This document shows, in pieces, positions 30,785 through 40,730 of a DNA stretch of 64,000 nucleotides (position 1 is the first letter of the stretch; every line of letters starts with the position of its first letter). Both the position numbers and the translations under genes were made by a program. This stretch comes from an uncultured bacterium (GTDB lineage Bacteria; Omnitrophota; Gorgyraeia; Duberdicusellales; CBEUCJ01). A model generated the notes under the pieces. It did not search any database. It had not been told where the DNA came from and saw only the letters and a list, made by a program, of their open reading frames with translations. The DNA is taken from the NCBI GenBank assembly GCA_965541615.1, contig CBEUCJ010000005.1, positions 46,251 through 110,250 on the forward strand. The letters run 5' to 3'.

Positions 30785-32661
30785 CTTATTGAATCTAAAA
30801 TTGCTTCTTTTAAGTGTTCATTGAATCTTTTATTAAAAGTATTCTGATTGAAAATCTCTTCTATATTATCTAAATTTATCTTTAAAATAAAATTTTCTTT
30901 TAAAAGTGATTCTAAAAACTCAGAATGTTTTGAATGCTTCTTGGAAGGCAAATCTAATACATAAACTTCTTTTTTTAAACTCAAAGCTTCAGATACCATA
31001 GATATAGAATCTGAAGTTACGATCACTTTTTTAGATAGCCCTAAAAATCCTTCAGTTATAAAAGGATAATTTCTCTTATTAGCTAAAACTAAGACTTCAA
31101 ATTCATCTTTAAATTCTTTTTCTAAAACTTCTTCAATTTCAAAAGGAGTCCTTCTGGAAGTAGTTAACAGTAATTTTATTTTTCTTTTTTCACATAATCT
31201 TATAAGTTTTTTTAAAAAAGAGATTACAAACTCTTTATCAAAATAAAAATTTTTGGATCTGCCTCCCAAAAACACACATATTTTCTCTCCTTCTCTAATA
31301 TTAAACTCTCTTTTAAGCTTTTCTACACTTTCTGAAATACTATTTTTATCAAAGAAACTTAAAGCTCCCCAAAAATTGATCACATTTTTTCTACTCACTT
31401 TATCATGATAAGGCAAAAATATTTTATAAAACCAATTAAAAGGAAATCCTGACGGTTTTAAGATAGAAATATTCTTCGCATTATTCTCTAAACTTACAAT
31501 GAGATTTGCTGCCTGAGTTTGAGCTCCACAACTTATAACAAAGTCTGGTGAAAAATCGAATAACTCTTTGAAACTACTGTCTTCTAAACAAAACTTTAAG
31601 AAATAAATAAGTAAAGAAGGAGCTATTTTATAAAATATTAGTACTAAAAAATCTAAAAGAATTCTTCTAAATTTAGATTTAAATTTTATATTTACAAATT
31701 TTGGTACTATCTCAAACTCAGACTCTTTTACTATATTCAAAAAACTTTCTAATTGCTTTTTGTGTCCTGGTTTTGAATCTGTAATAAACAAAAGGTATCT
31801 ATCTGAAGTAAATTTAAATCTTTTAAAATACCAGTTGTATTCATAAGGATAAATTTTTATGTATTCTTCTAAAGTTTTATTTACTTTTTCTAAGTCTTTG
31901 ATTACATCTCCTGTTAAGGAAATCTCTTTATAAATCTCTATTAAATGAAAATTCTGCTTTTCTCTCCTTGTAAATGCCAAAATAAGAGGAAGGTTATATT
32001 TTTGACAGATCTTAACTCCTCCTATGGGACTAGCTACCTTTCTTTTAAAAAATTCTATTTTGGGGCTTCTATCACTTACTCCGTGATCAGCTACAAAGCC
32101 TAAGAATTTTTTCTCTCTTATACACTCTTTAATCCTTTTTAAAAAATTCATAGATTCTTCTATAATCTCTAAACCGAACTTTCTTCTTTGTGAATTTAGA
32201 AACTCATCCCAGAATTTAGGCTTTTGAGGTCTTACGAATATCACATATTTAAAATCTTGAGCAATCTTAGAGTTTGCCAACTCCCAATTTCCAAAATGTA
32301 TACCCATAATAACTATTGAAGTATCTTGGTACTTTTTTAAAAGTTCAAGGTTCTTATATCTTAAATATTTTTTTAAATAGGTTTTATCTATCTTTGGGAG
32401 TTTTAAGATTTCAAAGATATTCATACCAAAATTCATACAACTTTTTCTTAATATCTTTCTGATCTCAAAAGGAGATTTCTCTGGTGCAAAAGCTATCCTC
32501 AAATTCCTTAGAGCTTTGAACTTTTTATTTGAATGGTAAAAAAATAGACCACCTATTTTTCCCAAAAATAACAGAATTTTAATAGGTAAATCTGAGATCA
32601 GTTTTATAAATAGATTAAATATTAATCTTTGAAAGTAAGGATTTGAAAAATCTTTCTTCAT
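30781..32661 (-). CDS. Fusion: lipid A secondary (lauroyl/myristoyl) acyltransferase LpxL/HtrB-like N-terminal domain + ELM1/DUF1022-like (GT-B-like) C-terminal domain
   Basis: The N-terminal ~290 aa resemble the HtrB/LpxL family (membrane anchor, ...HFGNWEL...). The C-terminal ~330 aa carry LPYHDK and LLLTTSRRTP, matching the SRRTP motif recalled for Mito_fiss_Elm1/DUF1022. Confidence 0.5.
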   Translation of the reverse strand: MKKDFSNPYFQRLIFNLFIKLISDLPIKILLFLGKIGGLFFYHSNKKFKALRNLRIAFAPEKSPFEIRKILRKSCMNFGMNIFEILKLPKIDKTYLKKYLRYKNLELLKKYQDTSIVIMGIHFGNWELANSKIAQDFKYVIFVRPQKPKFWDEFLNSQRRKFGLEIIEESMNFLKRIKECIREKKFLGFVADHGVSDRSPKIEFFKRKVASPIGGVKICQKYNLPLILAFTRREKQNFHLIEIYKEISLTGDVIKDLEKVNKTLEEYIKIYPYEYNWYFKRFKFTSDRYLLFITDSKPGHKKQLESFLNIVKESEFEIVPKFVNIKFKSKFRRILLDFLVLIFYKIAPSLLIYFLKFCLEDSSFKELFDFSPDFVISCGAQTQAANLIVSLENNAKNISILKPSGFPFNWFYKIFLPYHDKVSRKNVINFWGALSFFDKNSISESVEKLKREFNIREGEKICVFLGGRSKNFYFDKEFVISFLKKLIRLCEKRKIKLLLTTSRRTPFEIEEVLEKEFKDEFEVLVLANKRNYPFITEGFLGLSKKVIVTSDSISMVSEALSLKKEVYVLDLPSKKHSKHSEFLESLLKENFILKINLDNIEEIFNQNTFNKRFNEHLKEAILDSIR

Positions 32662-33610
32662 CTTTTATCTCAAACTCAGCTAATGCTATTAAAATTTTAA
32701 AAGGCAATTTAAATCCTTTCAATCTTACAAGATCTTTTTTTGTTGTGATCCAGAATTCTATATTAAATTTTTCAGAGATTTTTTTTAAAAAATAGATATC
32801 TTTAAAAGTAAATCTATGGTGATCTAGAAAAGGGAATTTAAACAGAATCTTCAAATCTTCTTCTAAGATTCTAAAAAATCCAGAAGGATTTCCTATGCTA
32901 CAAAAAGCACCTAACCTTTTATCCTTTAAACAATTTTTATTTAAAATTTGATTCGTATCTAAATCTAAGAATCTTTCTATTTTATAGTAGGAAAAAAATA
33001 TTTCTTTTTTAAAAAAACTTATCTTTTTTAAAAAATCTTTATCTAAAAATTGAGCATAGCTGAGTAATAAGATATCTGCTTTCTTCAAGAAAAAAACAGG
33101 TTCTCTTAATATACCTGCAGGTAAAAGCATCTGATTCCCAAACTTTTTTACGCAATCCAAAATTAAAATCTCTAAATCTCTATATAATTTTAAGTGACTA
33201 AAACCATCATCTATTATAAGAATATCATTTTCTAATTCATACTTTTTTGCCATCATATATTTTTTCCCTATATAAACATTTACTCCTTTTAGTTCTTCTT
33301 TAAGAAGCTCATATTCATCAAAAGCATAATGAGATAAAATTATCCCTACTTTTTTATTTTTAAGAGTGAAAAATCTTGCTATCTTTTTTGCCAACTCAGT
33401 CTTACCTGTACCTGCCCAAGTCAAATTCCCTATACTTATTACCTTACATTTAACCTTTATCTTTTTAAATATCTTTTTTTCATAAAGAAATCTCCTCAAA
33501 ACTACAAGAAGAAAGTAAAAAAAAGAAAGTATCAATAATGGTACTTTTAAAATAAAATTTTTAATGTTAAACTGTGCCTCTATTAAATTTTTAATTCTTC
33601 TTTTAAACAT
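32615..33610 (-). CDS. lpxK: Tetraacyldisaccharide 4'-kinase
   Basis: ISIGNLTWAGTGKTELAKKIARFF matches the LpxK P-loop (GNLTVGGTGKTP). Confidence 0.75.
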   Translation of the reverse strand: MFKRRIKNLIEAQFNIKNFILKVPLLILSFFYFLLVVLRRFLYEKKIFKKIKVKCKVISIGNLTWAGTGKTELAKKIARFFTLKNKKVGIILSHYAFDEYELLKEELKGVNVYIGKKYMMAKKYELENDILIIDDGFSHLKLYRDLEILILDCVKKFGNQMLLPAGILREPVFFLKKADILLLSYAQFLDKDFLKKISFFKKEIFFSYYKIERFLDLDTNQILNKNCLKDKRLGAFCSIGNPSGFFRILEEDLKILFKFPFLDHHRFTFKDIYFLKKISEKFNIEFWITTKKDLVRLKGFKLPFKILIALAEFEIKDEERFFKSLLSKINI

Positions 33611-34881
33611 TCTTTAATTTTTTTAAGATAAATTAAAGAAAGGTCTTTGTTCTTTTCTAGAATCTTTTTTGCTTTTTTAGAAATATTTAAATAAAAATCT
33701 TTGTCTTTTAAAAGTTTTTTTATGCTTAAAAATAATTCTTCTTTATCTTTTACTATTATTATGGCTTCCTCTTTTTTAAAATCTGAGATTATCTCTTTAA
33801 AGTTATCATAAAAAGGACCTATAATTACAGGTCTCTCAAAATAAGCGCATTCTAACACATTATGTCCTCCAAATCTTATTAAACTTCCTCCCACAAAACT
33901 TACATAGCAGAGTTTATAAAGAGCTCTTAAAATACCTATCAAATCTGCGATGATTATATTGGAATCTGAAACTATAAACTCTGAATCTTTACTTAAAAAA
34001 GTATAAGAAAATCCCTCTTTTTTGATTAATTCTTTTATCTCATTTTTCCTTTCTGGATGACGTGGGCAAATAAGAAGCACCAAGTCTTTAAACTCTTTTA
34101 TTAATCTTTTAAATACTTCTAACAGAATATTTTCTTCTCCTGAATGAGTACTCGCTCCTAAGATGATTTTTTTATCTTTAAATTTTTCTTTTAAGAACTC
34201 ATAAAATCTGCTTTCTTTCTCATTGAGAGGGATTTGAGCAGACTCATACTTAAGATTTCCTAAAACTTCAACTCTGGAAGGCAGAGCTCCTAACTCTATT
34301 ATTCTTTTTTTATGAATCTCTGATTGCATTAAAAATAAACTTACTTTTTTTAATATTTTTTTAAAAAAGAATTTAAATCTCTTATAATTTTTAAATGCTC
34401 TATCTGAAATCCTACCATTTACCAAGATTACAGGTATATTTTTCTCGTAAAGTATAGAAAAGAGTTGAGGCCAAATCTCTGTCTCAAAAGCTATAAAGCA
34501 AACAGGTTTTATCAAATTAATATACTTTTCAATTAAAAAAGAAAAATCTAAAGGTAAAAAGAATACATCTTTAAATTCAGATTTAGCTATATTGTAACCT
34601 GTTTGAGTAATGCAACTCAAAACAAATTTTTCAGAACCAAATTCTGAGATTATTCTTTTTATCAGAGGTCTCAAAGTTAAAACCTCTCCTACACTTGCAG
34701 CATGTATCCATAAAGGATTTTTCTTTTTAGCTAAAAACTCTCTTTCTTGTTTACTTAAAAAGCCTAATCTTTTTATGAGATTTATCTTAAATCCTTTTTT
34801 TCTTTTTATATAAAAAGGTATAAAGATAAGAAGGAGAGTAAAAAATAATATATCTTGAATGACTCTCTTCACCTGGGACAA
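33583..34881 (-). CDS. waaA: 3-deoxy-D-manno-octulosonic acid (Kdo) transferase
   Basis: LWIHAASVGEVLTLRPLIKRI is the WaaA/KdtA signature (WIHAASVGE). Confidence 0.8.
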   Translation of the reverse strand: MSQVKRVIQDILFFTLLLIFIPFYIKRKKGFKINLIKRLGFLSKQEREFLAKKKNPLWIHAASVGEVLTLRPLIKRIISEFGSEKFVLSCITQTGYNIAKSEFKDVFFLPLDFSFLIEKYINLIKPVCFIAFETEIWPQLFSILYEKNIPVILVNGRISDRAFKNYKRFKFFFKKILKKVSLFLMQSEIHKKRIIELGALPSRVEVLGNLKYESAQIPLNEKESRFYEFLKEKFKDKKIILGASTHSGEENILLEVFKRLIKEFKDLVLLICPRHPERKNEIKELIKKEGFSYTFLSKDSEFIVSDSNIIIADLIGILRALYKLCYVSFVGGSLIRFGGHNVLECAYFERPVIIGPFYDNFKEIISDFKKEEAIIIVKDKEELFLSIKKLLKDKDFYLNISKKAKKILEKNKDLSLIYLKKIKECLKEELKI

Positions 34882-35738
34882 AATTCTTTGTAGAGTTCTT
34901 TTAACCTCTGTGTAGAAATATGTGTGTAAATTTGAGTCGTAGTAATATTTTTATGGCCTAATAACTCCTGTACACTCCTTAAATCTGCTCCTCTATTTAA
35001 AAGATGGGTAGCAAAAGAATGTCTAAAAGTATGTGGGGAGATATTTTCAGCCAAAGCTATTTTTTTTATATATTTTTTTATTATCTTTCTCAAAAATCTA
35101 TCTGAAAGTCTTTTACCTCTCCTATTCAAAAAAACGGCTCTCTTTATCTCAAAAGGACAACTGTTTAAATACTCTTTAATAGCATTCAAAGCATAACTCC
35201 CTATAGGTAAAAGCCTTTCTTTCCTTCCTTTTCCTCTCACCTTAATCACCCCTGATATAAAATCTATATCTTCTAAATTTAAATCTATTAATTCTTGAGC
35301 TCGCATACCTGTGCTGTAGAGGGTCTCTAAAATAGCTTTATCTCTTTTTACCTGCCAACTATCTCCTTTTATAGAGTCTAATAACTTTTGCATTTCAAAC
35401 TCAGTTAAAAAAGAAGGTAACTTTTTTTCTAACTTAGGTAAACTTAAAGAAGCAGCTATATTAGAATCTAAGTATCCTTCTCTGCATAAGAATCTAAAAA
35501 AACTCCTTAAAGAAGATATCTTTCTTGCAATCGTTTTTTTAGACAATCCTCTTTTACTAAGCTCCATAACAAATCTTCTTAAAGTCAAAAAATCTACTTC
35601 TAAAGGAGAAATGCCTTTTATAAACTCTCCAAACTCTGAGAGGTCTTTATTATAATTTCTTAAAGTATTATGAGAGTAATTTTTTTCTATTTTCAGATAA
35701 TTCAAAAACCTCTCTAAGAATCTATTAAAATGCTTCAT
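34869..35738 (-). CDS. xerC: Tyrosine recombinase XerC/XerD family
   Basis: ...HTFRHSFATHLLNRGADLRSVQELLGHKNITTTQIYTH gives the catalytic R..H..R..Y box. Confidence 0.8.
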   Translation of the reverse strand: MKHFNRFLERFLNYLKIEKNYSHNTLRNYNKDLSEFGEFIKGISPLEVDFLTLRRFVMELSKRGLSKKTIARKISSLRSFFRFLCREGYLDSNIAASLSLPKLEKKLPSFLTEFEMQKLLDSIKGDSWQVKRDKAILETLYSTGMRAQELIDLNLEDIDFISGVIKVRGKGRKERLLPIGSYALNAIKEYLNSCPFEIKRAVFLNRRGKRLSDRFLRKIIKKYIKKIALAENISPHTFRHSFATHLLNRGADLRSVQELLGHKNITTTQIYTHISTQRLKELYKEFCPR

Positions 35739-37572
35739 TTTTTATATTTTCTGAATATTTACAATCTGGAAATCTTGAGCAACTCAAAAACTTACCAAAT
35801 CTTCCCCACCTTTCAACAAGAGTAGCTCCGCATTTAGGACATTTTTTATTTATAACTTTTACTTCCTTTTTGATTAATTGATAAGCCTTATCTAATTGAG
35901 GTTTAAAATTTTTATAAAATTCTTCTAACAGTCTTTTCCACTCCAAAACTCCTGTCTCTATTCTATCTAACTTTGATTCCATAATAGCTGTAAATTTTTC
36001 ATTCATTAAATCTGGAAAATGTTCTTTTAAAATATCTGTCACTAAAATCCCTAATTCTGTGGGAAATAAAACTCCTCTCTTTCTTTTTACATAATTTCTC
36101 TGAATTAAAGTAGAGATTATTACTGCGTATGTAGAAGGTCTTCCTATTCCCTTCTCTTCTAAAATCTTCACTAAACTTGCATCTGTGAACCTGGGAGGAG
36201 GTTGAGTAAAATGCTGCAAAGGGATTATTTTGAGAGGAGTAAGAATCTGAGATTCTTTAAAAGCAGGTGGGTCTTCTTCTTTTATTTCTTGAGGCCAAAA
36301 TTCTAAGAAGCCTTTAAACTTTATTTTTTGAAAAGTAGCTTTAAATTCATAGTCACCAGCGGTTATTAAAATTTGGGTACTCTCTATTTTAGACTTTGCT
36401 GTTTGAGAAGCTAAGAATCTTTGCCAGATTAACTTATACAATTTATATTCATCTTCCTGTAGATACTCTTTTATACTTTCAGGAGTTTTAAATACATCTG
36501 TAGGTCTTATAGCTTCATGTGCTAACTGGGCAAATCTTTTTTCTTTATGTGTAATCTTTTCTTTTTGTAAGTAGTCTGGACCTAAATTTTTTAAAATAAA
36601 ATCCTCTGCTTCGGATTTAGCTTTCTGGCTTACTTGCAAGGAATCAGTCCTCATATAAGTTATTAAACCAGTAGGGGTATCTTTTATAACTATTCCTTCA
36701 TAAAGTCTTTGAGCTATTAACATGGTTTTTTTGGAAGTAAAGCCCAATTTATTAAAAGCTTCTTGCTGTAAAGAGGAAGTATTAAAAGGAGCTGGTGGCT
36801 TTTTTTCTCTAAGTGTCTTTTTTATACTCTTTACAACAAATTTTTTTTCTTCTAAATCTTTTAATATTTTAGAGAGTTCTTCTTTATTTTTTATCTCGAT
36901 CTTTTTTCCTTTGAATTTAGTGAGCTTAAATTTGTAAACTTTATTTCCATATCCAAATTCAGCTTCTACCTCCCAATATTCAGAAGGCTTAAAATTCTGA
37001 ATCTCTCTTTCTCTATCTACGATAAATTTTAAAGCTACAGATTGCACTCTTCCTGCACTTAAACCTCTTTTAACTTTTCTCCACAGAAGAGGACTTAAAA
37101 AATATCCTACGATTCTGTCTAAAATTCTCCTTGCTATTTGGGCATTAACTAAATTTAAATTTATCTCTCTTGGATTTAAAAAAGCAGATTTCACTGCAGA
37201 TTCTGTTATCTCATGGAACTCTACCCTTAAAAATTTTCTCTTATCTTTTCTTTTCTTTAACTTCCTTTTTATATGAAAACCTATAGCTTCTCCTTCTCTA
37301 TCAGGATCTGTAGCTATGTAAATATTTTTCTTGTCGTAAGCTAATTTTTTTAATTCCTCTAATATCTTTTTCTTTTTGGGTATTACACAAAAATAGGGTT
37401 TAAAACCTTTACTAATGTAAATACCTACTCTATTTTCAGGCAAATCTATTAAATGCCCCATGCTAGATTTTACTAAAAAATCTTTACCTAAAATTTTAGA
37501 AAGAGTCCTTGCTTTTGTGGGAGACTCTACAATGACTAAGTTAGAAACCTTTCTTTCTTGCATACTTTCCAC
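35725..37572 (-). CDS. topA: DNA topoisomerase I (type IA, short form with one C-terminal zinc ribbon)
   Basis: LVIVESPTKARTLSKILG TOPRIM N-terminus; C-terminal CPKCGATL...CSRFPDC. Confidence 0.85.
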   Translation of the reverse strand: MESMQERKVSNLVIVESPTKARTLSKILGKDFLVKSSMGHLIDLPENRVGIYISKGFKPYFCVIPKKKKILEELKKLAYDKKNIYIATDPDREGEAIGFHIKRKLKKRKDKRKFLRVEFHEITESAVKSAFLNPREINLNLVNAQIARRILDRIVGYFLSPLLWRKVKRGLSAGRVQSVALKFIVDREREIQNFKPSEYWEVEAEFGYGNKVYKFKLTKFKGKKIEIKNKEELSKILKDLEEKKFVVKSIKKTLREKKPPAPFNTSSLQQEAFNKLGFTSKKTMLIAQRLYEGIVIKDTPTGLITYMRTDSLQVSQKAKSEAEDFILKNLGPDYLQKEKITHKEKRFAQLAHEAIRPTDVFKTPESIKEYLQEDEYKLYKLIWQRFLASQTAKSKIESTQILITAGDYEFKATFQKIKFKGFLEFWPQEIKEEDPPAFKESQILTPLKIIPLQHFTQPPPRFTDASLVKILEEKGIGRPSTYAVIISTLIQRNYVKRKRGVLFPTELGILVTDILKEHFPDLMNEKFTAIMESKLDRIETGVLEWKRLLEEFYKNFKPQLDKAYQLIKKEVKVINKKCPKCGATLVERWGRFGKFLSCSRFPDCKYSENIKNEAF

Positions 37573-38623
37573 CTGGTAAGAATTCTATTAGATCTTTTAA
37601 TTTTAATTCTAATAGAGTAGTATTTAAAACTTTGGGTTCTAATCGAGTAGAACTTAATATTTCATCAAAGTATAAAGGGGATTCTAAAACTTTTAATATA
37701 CGTTCTTCATTTTCTGTCAATTCTATTTTTTCTTTATTTTCTTTAACTACTTTTCTTTTAAAATCTAAAGGTAGCTCTTCAAGGATATCAAAAGGACTTG
37801 TGACTAACTTTGCTCCTTCTTTTATTAAGTTTAAAACACCCTGTGATTGGGTGTTAGTTATCTGATTAGGTAAAGCAAAAACTTCTCTTCCTTGTTCTAA
37901 AGCAAAATCTGCAGTAATCAAAGCTCCTGATTTTCTGCCAGCTTCTATAACAAAGACTCCAAAACTTAAACCACTAATTATCCTATTCCTTTGAGGAAAA
38001 TTTTTTTTGAAAGGAGGTGTCTCTAAAGGGAATTCAGAAATTAAAGCTCCTTTTTCTACAATCTGTTGAGCTAAATTTCTATTTTCTGGAGGATAGATAT
38101 TATCTAAACCACTTCCCAAAACTGCATAAGTAGGGCTTTTTGCTTTTAAAGCACCTTTATGAGCATAAGTATCTATTCCTCTTGCTAATCCTGAGATGAT
38201 TACTACTCCCCTTAAAGCTAATTCATATGCAAAGTATTCAGATTGACTCAACCCATAAAAAGATGCTCTCCTTGTGCCTACAATAGCTAAGTTTAAAGAA
38301 CAAGGATCAAACTTACCTTTAATATAAAGCACAGGTGGAGGATCGTAAATCTCTCGTAATATTTGAGGATACTCCTCATCTAAAATAGTTATTATTTTTA
38401 TTTCTTTTTTATAAGCTAAGTCTAACTCTTTTTTAAATTTATCTCTTATCTTTTTATTTTTTATTTTATCTATAACTTTTTCCTTAAGATTTAATTCTTT
38501 TAGTTTTTGTGTATTCCGTAAGATCTCTGACTTATCTTCAAAAGCTTGCCATATTTGATTTATTTTTTTAGGAGAGATTTCTTGCAAAAAATTTAAAAAT
38601 ATTAGGATTTGTCTTTCTTGCAT
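37541..38623 (-). CDS. dprA: DNA processing protein A (Smf)
   Basis: AIVGTRRASFYGLSQSEYFAYELALRGVVIISGLARGIDTYAHKGAL is the DprA Rossmann core. The dprA-topA adjacency is widely conserved. Confidence 0.8.
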   Translation of the reverse strand: MQERQILIFLNFLQEISPKKINQIWQAFEDKSEILRNTQKLKELNLKEKVIDKIKNKKIRDKFKKELDLAYKKEIKIITILDEEYPQILREIYDPPPVLYIKGKFDPCSLNLAIVGTRRASFYGLSQSEYFAYELALRGVVIISGLARGIDTYAHKGALKAKSPTYAVLGSGLDNIYPPENRNLAQQIVEKGALISEFPLETPPFKKNFPQRNRIISGLSFGVFVIEAGRKSGALITADFALEQGREVFALPNQITNTQSQGVLNLIKEGAKLVTSPFDILEELPLDFKRKVVKENKEKIELTENEERILKVLESPLYFDEILSSTRLEPKVLNTTLLELKLKDLIEFLPGGKYARKKGF

Positions 38624-39114
38624 ACTATTTTTATTATTTCTTCAGCTACCTCTTGGATACTTTTATGAGTAGTATCTACTTTTATCTTTACTTTTTGATA
38701 AAAAGGAGCTCTTTTTTCTAACAATTCTTTTATTCTTTTTTGAGGGTCAGGAACATTTAAAAGAGGTCTGTGGGTAAAGGATTTAGTACGGTTGTAAATC
38801 TCTGAAGGATCAGCTTCCAAAAGAATGAGTGTAGTATTATTCTGGAGAATTTCTAAATTCTCTTGATTGCATACAACTCCTCCACCACAGGCTACGACTA
38901 CATTTTCTTTTTTAACTAATTCTTTTACCAGTTCTTTTTCTAAATTTCTAAAATAGGGTTCTCCTTTTATTTTGAATATTTCAGGTATACTCATTTTTTC
39001 TCTCTCTTCTATTATCTTGTCCATGTCTATAAATTCTAAATTTAGTTTTTTAGCTAAAACTTTACCGACACTAGTCTTTCCTGTTCCCATAAAACCACAT
39101 AAAAAAATTTTCAT
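38602..39114 (-). CDS. aroK: Shikimate kinase
   Basis: IFLCGFMGTGKTSVGKVLAKKLNLEFIDMD gives the P-loop. Confidence 0.8.
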   Translation of the reverse strand: MKIFLCGFMGTGKTSVGKVLAKKLNLEFIDMDKIIEEREKMSIPEIFKIKGEPYFRNLEKELVKELVKKENVVVACGGGVVCNQENLEILQNNTTLILLEADPSEIYNRTKSFTHRPLLNVPDPQKRIKELLEKRAPFYQKVKIKVDTTHKSIQEVAEEIIKIVCKKDKS

Positions 39115-39150
39115 CTTTTAAATATTCTTAAAGAAAAGATGTGTAAATCC

Positions 39151-39519
39151 TTACCACAAAGAGTTTATTTCTCTTATTATCTTGTTGGCTACTTTTTGTG
39201 CAAATGGTAAATCTGGTTTTGAATCTTTAAATGCTCTTATATAAATGTAAATTAGTCCTTCTATTGGCTCTGCAAAGATAATCTCTATATCTCTATCTTC
39301 TAAAGTTGCTTTAATGAGCTTATCTTTTTTATCTGAAAAATAAATTTTTCCTTCTCTATTCAAAAGAAAAACTATATCGTTCCATACAGAAACAAAATCT
39401 GCTTCTACTTTAAAAAATAAAGTCTGAGGATCTAAAACCTGCGGAGGAGTCTTTCCTATCATAATAAAAGGAGCGCATCCTGTAATAACTAAAATAAGAA
39501 AAAAATAAATTTTTTTCAT
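39151..39519 (-). CDS. Small lipoprotein, hypothetical
   Basis: MKKIYFFLILVITGCAPF carries a lipobox ITGC. Confidence 0.4.
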   Translation of the reverse strand: MKKIYFFLILVITGCAPFIMIGKTPPQVLDPQTLFFKVEADFVSVWNDIVFLLNREGKIYFSDKKDKLIKATLEDRDIEIIFAEPIEGLIYIYIRAFKDSKPDLPFAQKVANKIIREINSLW

Positions 39520-39731
39520 AGCGTCCTTTCTTCTAATCTTCTTTCTAACTCTTCATATTCAGATTTTAGTCCTTCATATACTTGATTTAAAACCTCTAAT
39601 CTTTCTTCTAACTCTTTTATTTTTTTATCTTTTTCTTCGATTAACTTTTTTAAATTTGCATCTCTAAAACTTATTATTGCAAATATTAAAGTAAGGATGA
39701 AAGAAATTAACAAAAGAACTAAAACTACCAT
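39516..39731 (-). CDS. Small bitopic membrane protein with coiled coil (FtsB/DivIC-like architecture?)
   Basis: 71 aa: N-terminal TM followed by KKIKELEERLEVLNQVYEGLKSEYEELERRLEE. Confidence 0.3.
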   Translation of the reverse strand: MVVLVLLLISFILTLIFAIISFRDANLKKLIEEKDKKIKELEERLEVLNQVYEGLKSEYEELERRLEERTL

Positions 39732-39732
39732 C

Positions 39733-40206
39733 TTATCTATAAATTTTTTTCAATAACTTTGCAAATCTCTTAGCAAATCTTTTACAGTTTCTTCTAACTC
39801 TCTCATCAGGCGTACCTATTGAAACAGGACCGTAATGATCTCCTTGAGGGTCTCCTTGAACGATCATTCCATGAATTAACATAGCATTCAGAATACTTAA
39901 GATAGCTGTTTCATTTCCTCCACCAATGTTTGCAGAGGATGTAAAAGCTCCTCCTACTTTACCATCTAGATTCCCGTGAAGACTTACGCTTTCATCTAAT
40001 AATTTCTTAATTTGCCAAGCTGAATTTCCATAGTAAGTAGGAGTCCCAATTATTATTCCTTCATAGTCTAAAAGCTCACTGGGAGAAGTTTCTTCTACTT
40101 TCTTAATATTTACATCTACACCTTCTTCTTTTAAATATTCTTTGATCAAATCTGCCAACTTTTTAGTATTTCCTGTTTTAGAATAATAAATTATTAATAC
40201 CTTCAT
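39733..40206 (-). CDS. Flavodoxin (short-chain, FMN-binding)
   Basis: MKVLIIYYSKTGNTKKLA FMN-phosphate loop (T/SxTGNT); 157 aa. Confidence 0.65.
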   Translation of the reverse strand: MKVLIIYYSKTGNTKKLADLIKEYLKEEGVDVNIKKVEETSPSELLDYEGIIIGTPTYYGNSAWQIKKLLDESVSLHGNLDGKVGGAFTSSANIGGGNETAILSILNAMLIHGMIVQGDPQGDHYGPVSIGTPDERVRRNCKRFAKRFAKLLKKIYR

Positions 40207-40730
40207 AGTTCATCCTCCTTTATAACTAACTTAAATTTACTTAAATAAGAAAAAATTTTTAAATAAAAAAGTTTATAACCTAAATAAAAAATGATAGAAA
40301 AAGCTAAATTAGAAAAAAATGAGTTTTTAAAAAAGGGGAGAGCTCTTAGATAGCATTCATAAAGACCTTGTAAAGTATGAGGATACCATCCCTCCAACCA
40401 AACTCCAAAATTTGTTATTAAGAAAAAAAGTACTGAACCTGTGCAACTCAAAAGAGCTGTTTTTAAAGTATTCGGATTTTTGACTCTGGCTGAAATAAGA
40501 TAGATTAAAATATAACTTGACCAAGTAAATAAAATTAATCTATGTAAGCCTAATACAATATCTGAAATTATAACTGCTGTTAAAGGAAAAATAAGACCTC
40601 TTTTTTTATTAAAAATTATCCCACTCACTACACTTAAAGCTATTAAAGATGAAAAGTTAGGAATATGAGGTAAGAATCTTAAAATTATACTCAAAATACA
40701 GATGCATATTAAAAAAATTTCTTTCTTCAT
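40203..40730 (-). CDS. Polytopic membrane protein (5-6 TM), possibly an ECF-type substrate-capture (S) component
   Basis: 175 aa, hydrophobic throughout; size and topology fit ECF S-components. No diagnostic motif recognised. Confidence 0.3.
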   Translation of the reverse strand: MKKEIFLICICILSIILRFLPHIPNFSSLIALSVVSGIIFNKKRGLIFPLTAVIISDIVLGLHRLILFTWSSYILIYLISARVKNPNTLKTALLSCTGSVLFFLITNFGVWLEGWYPHTLQGLYECYLRALPFFKNSFFSNLAFSIIFYLGYKLFYLKIFSYLSKFKLVIKEDEL

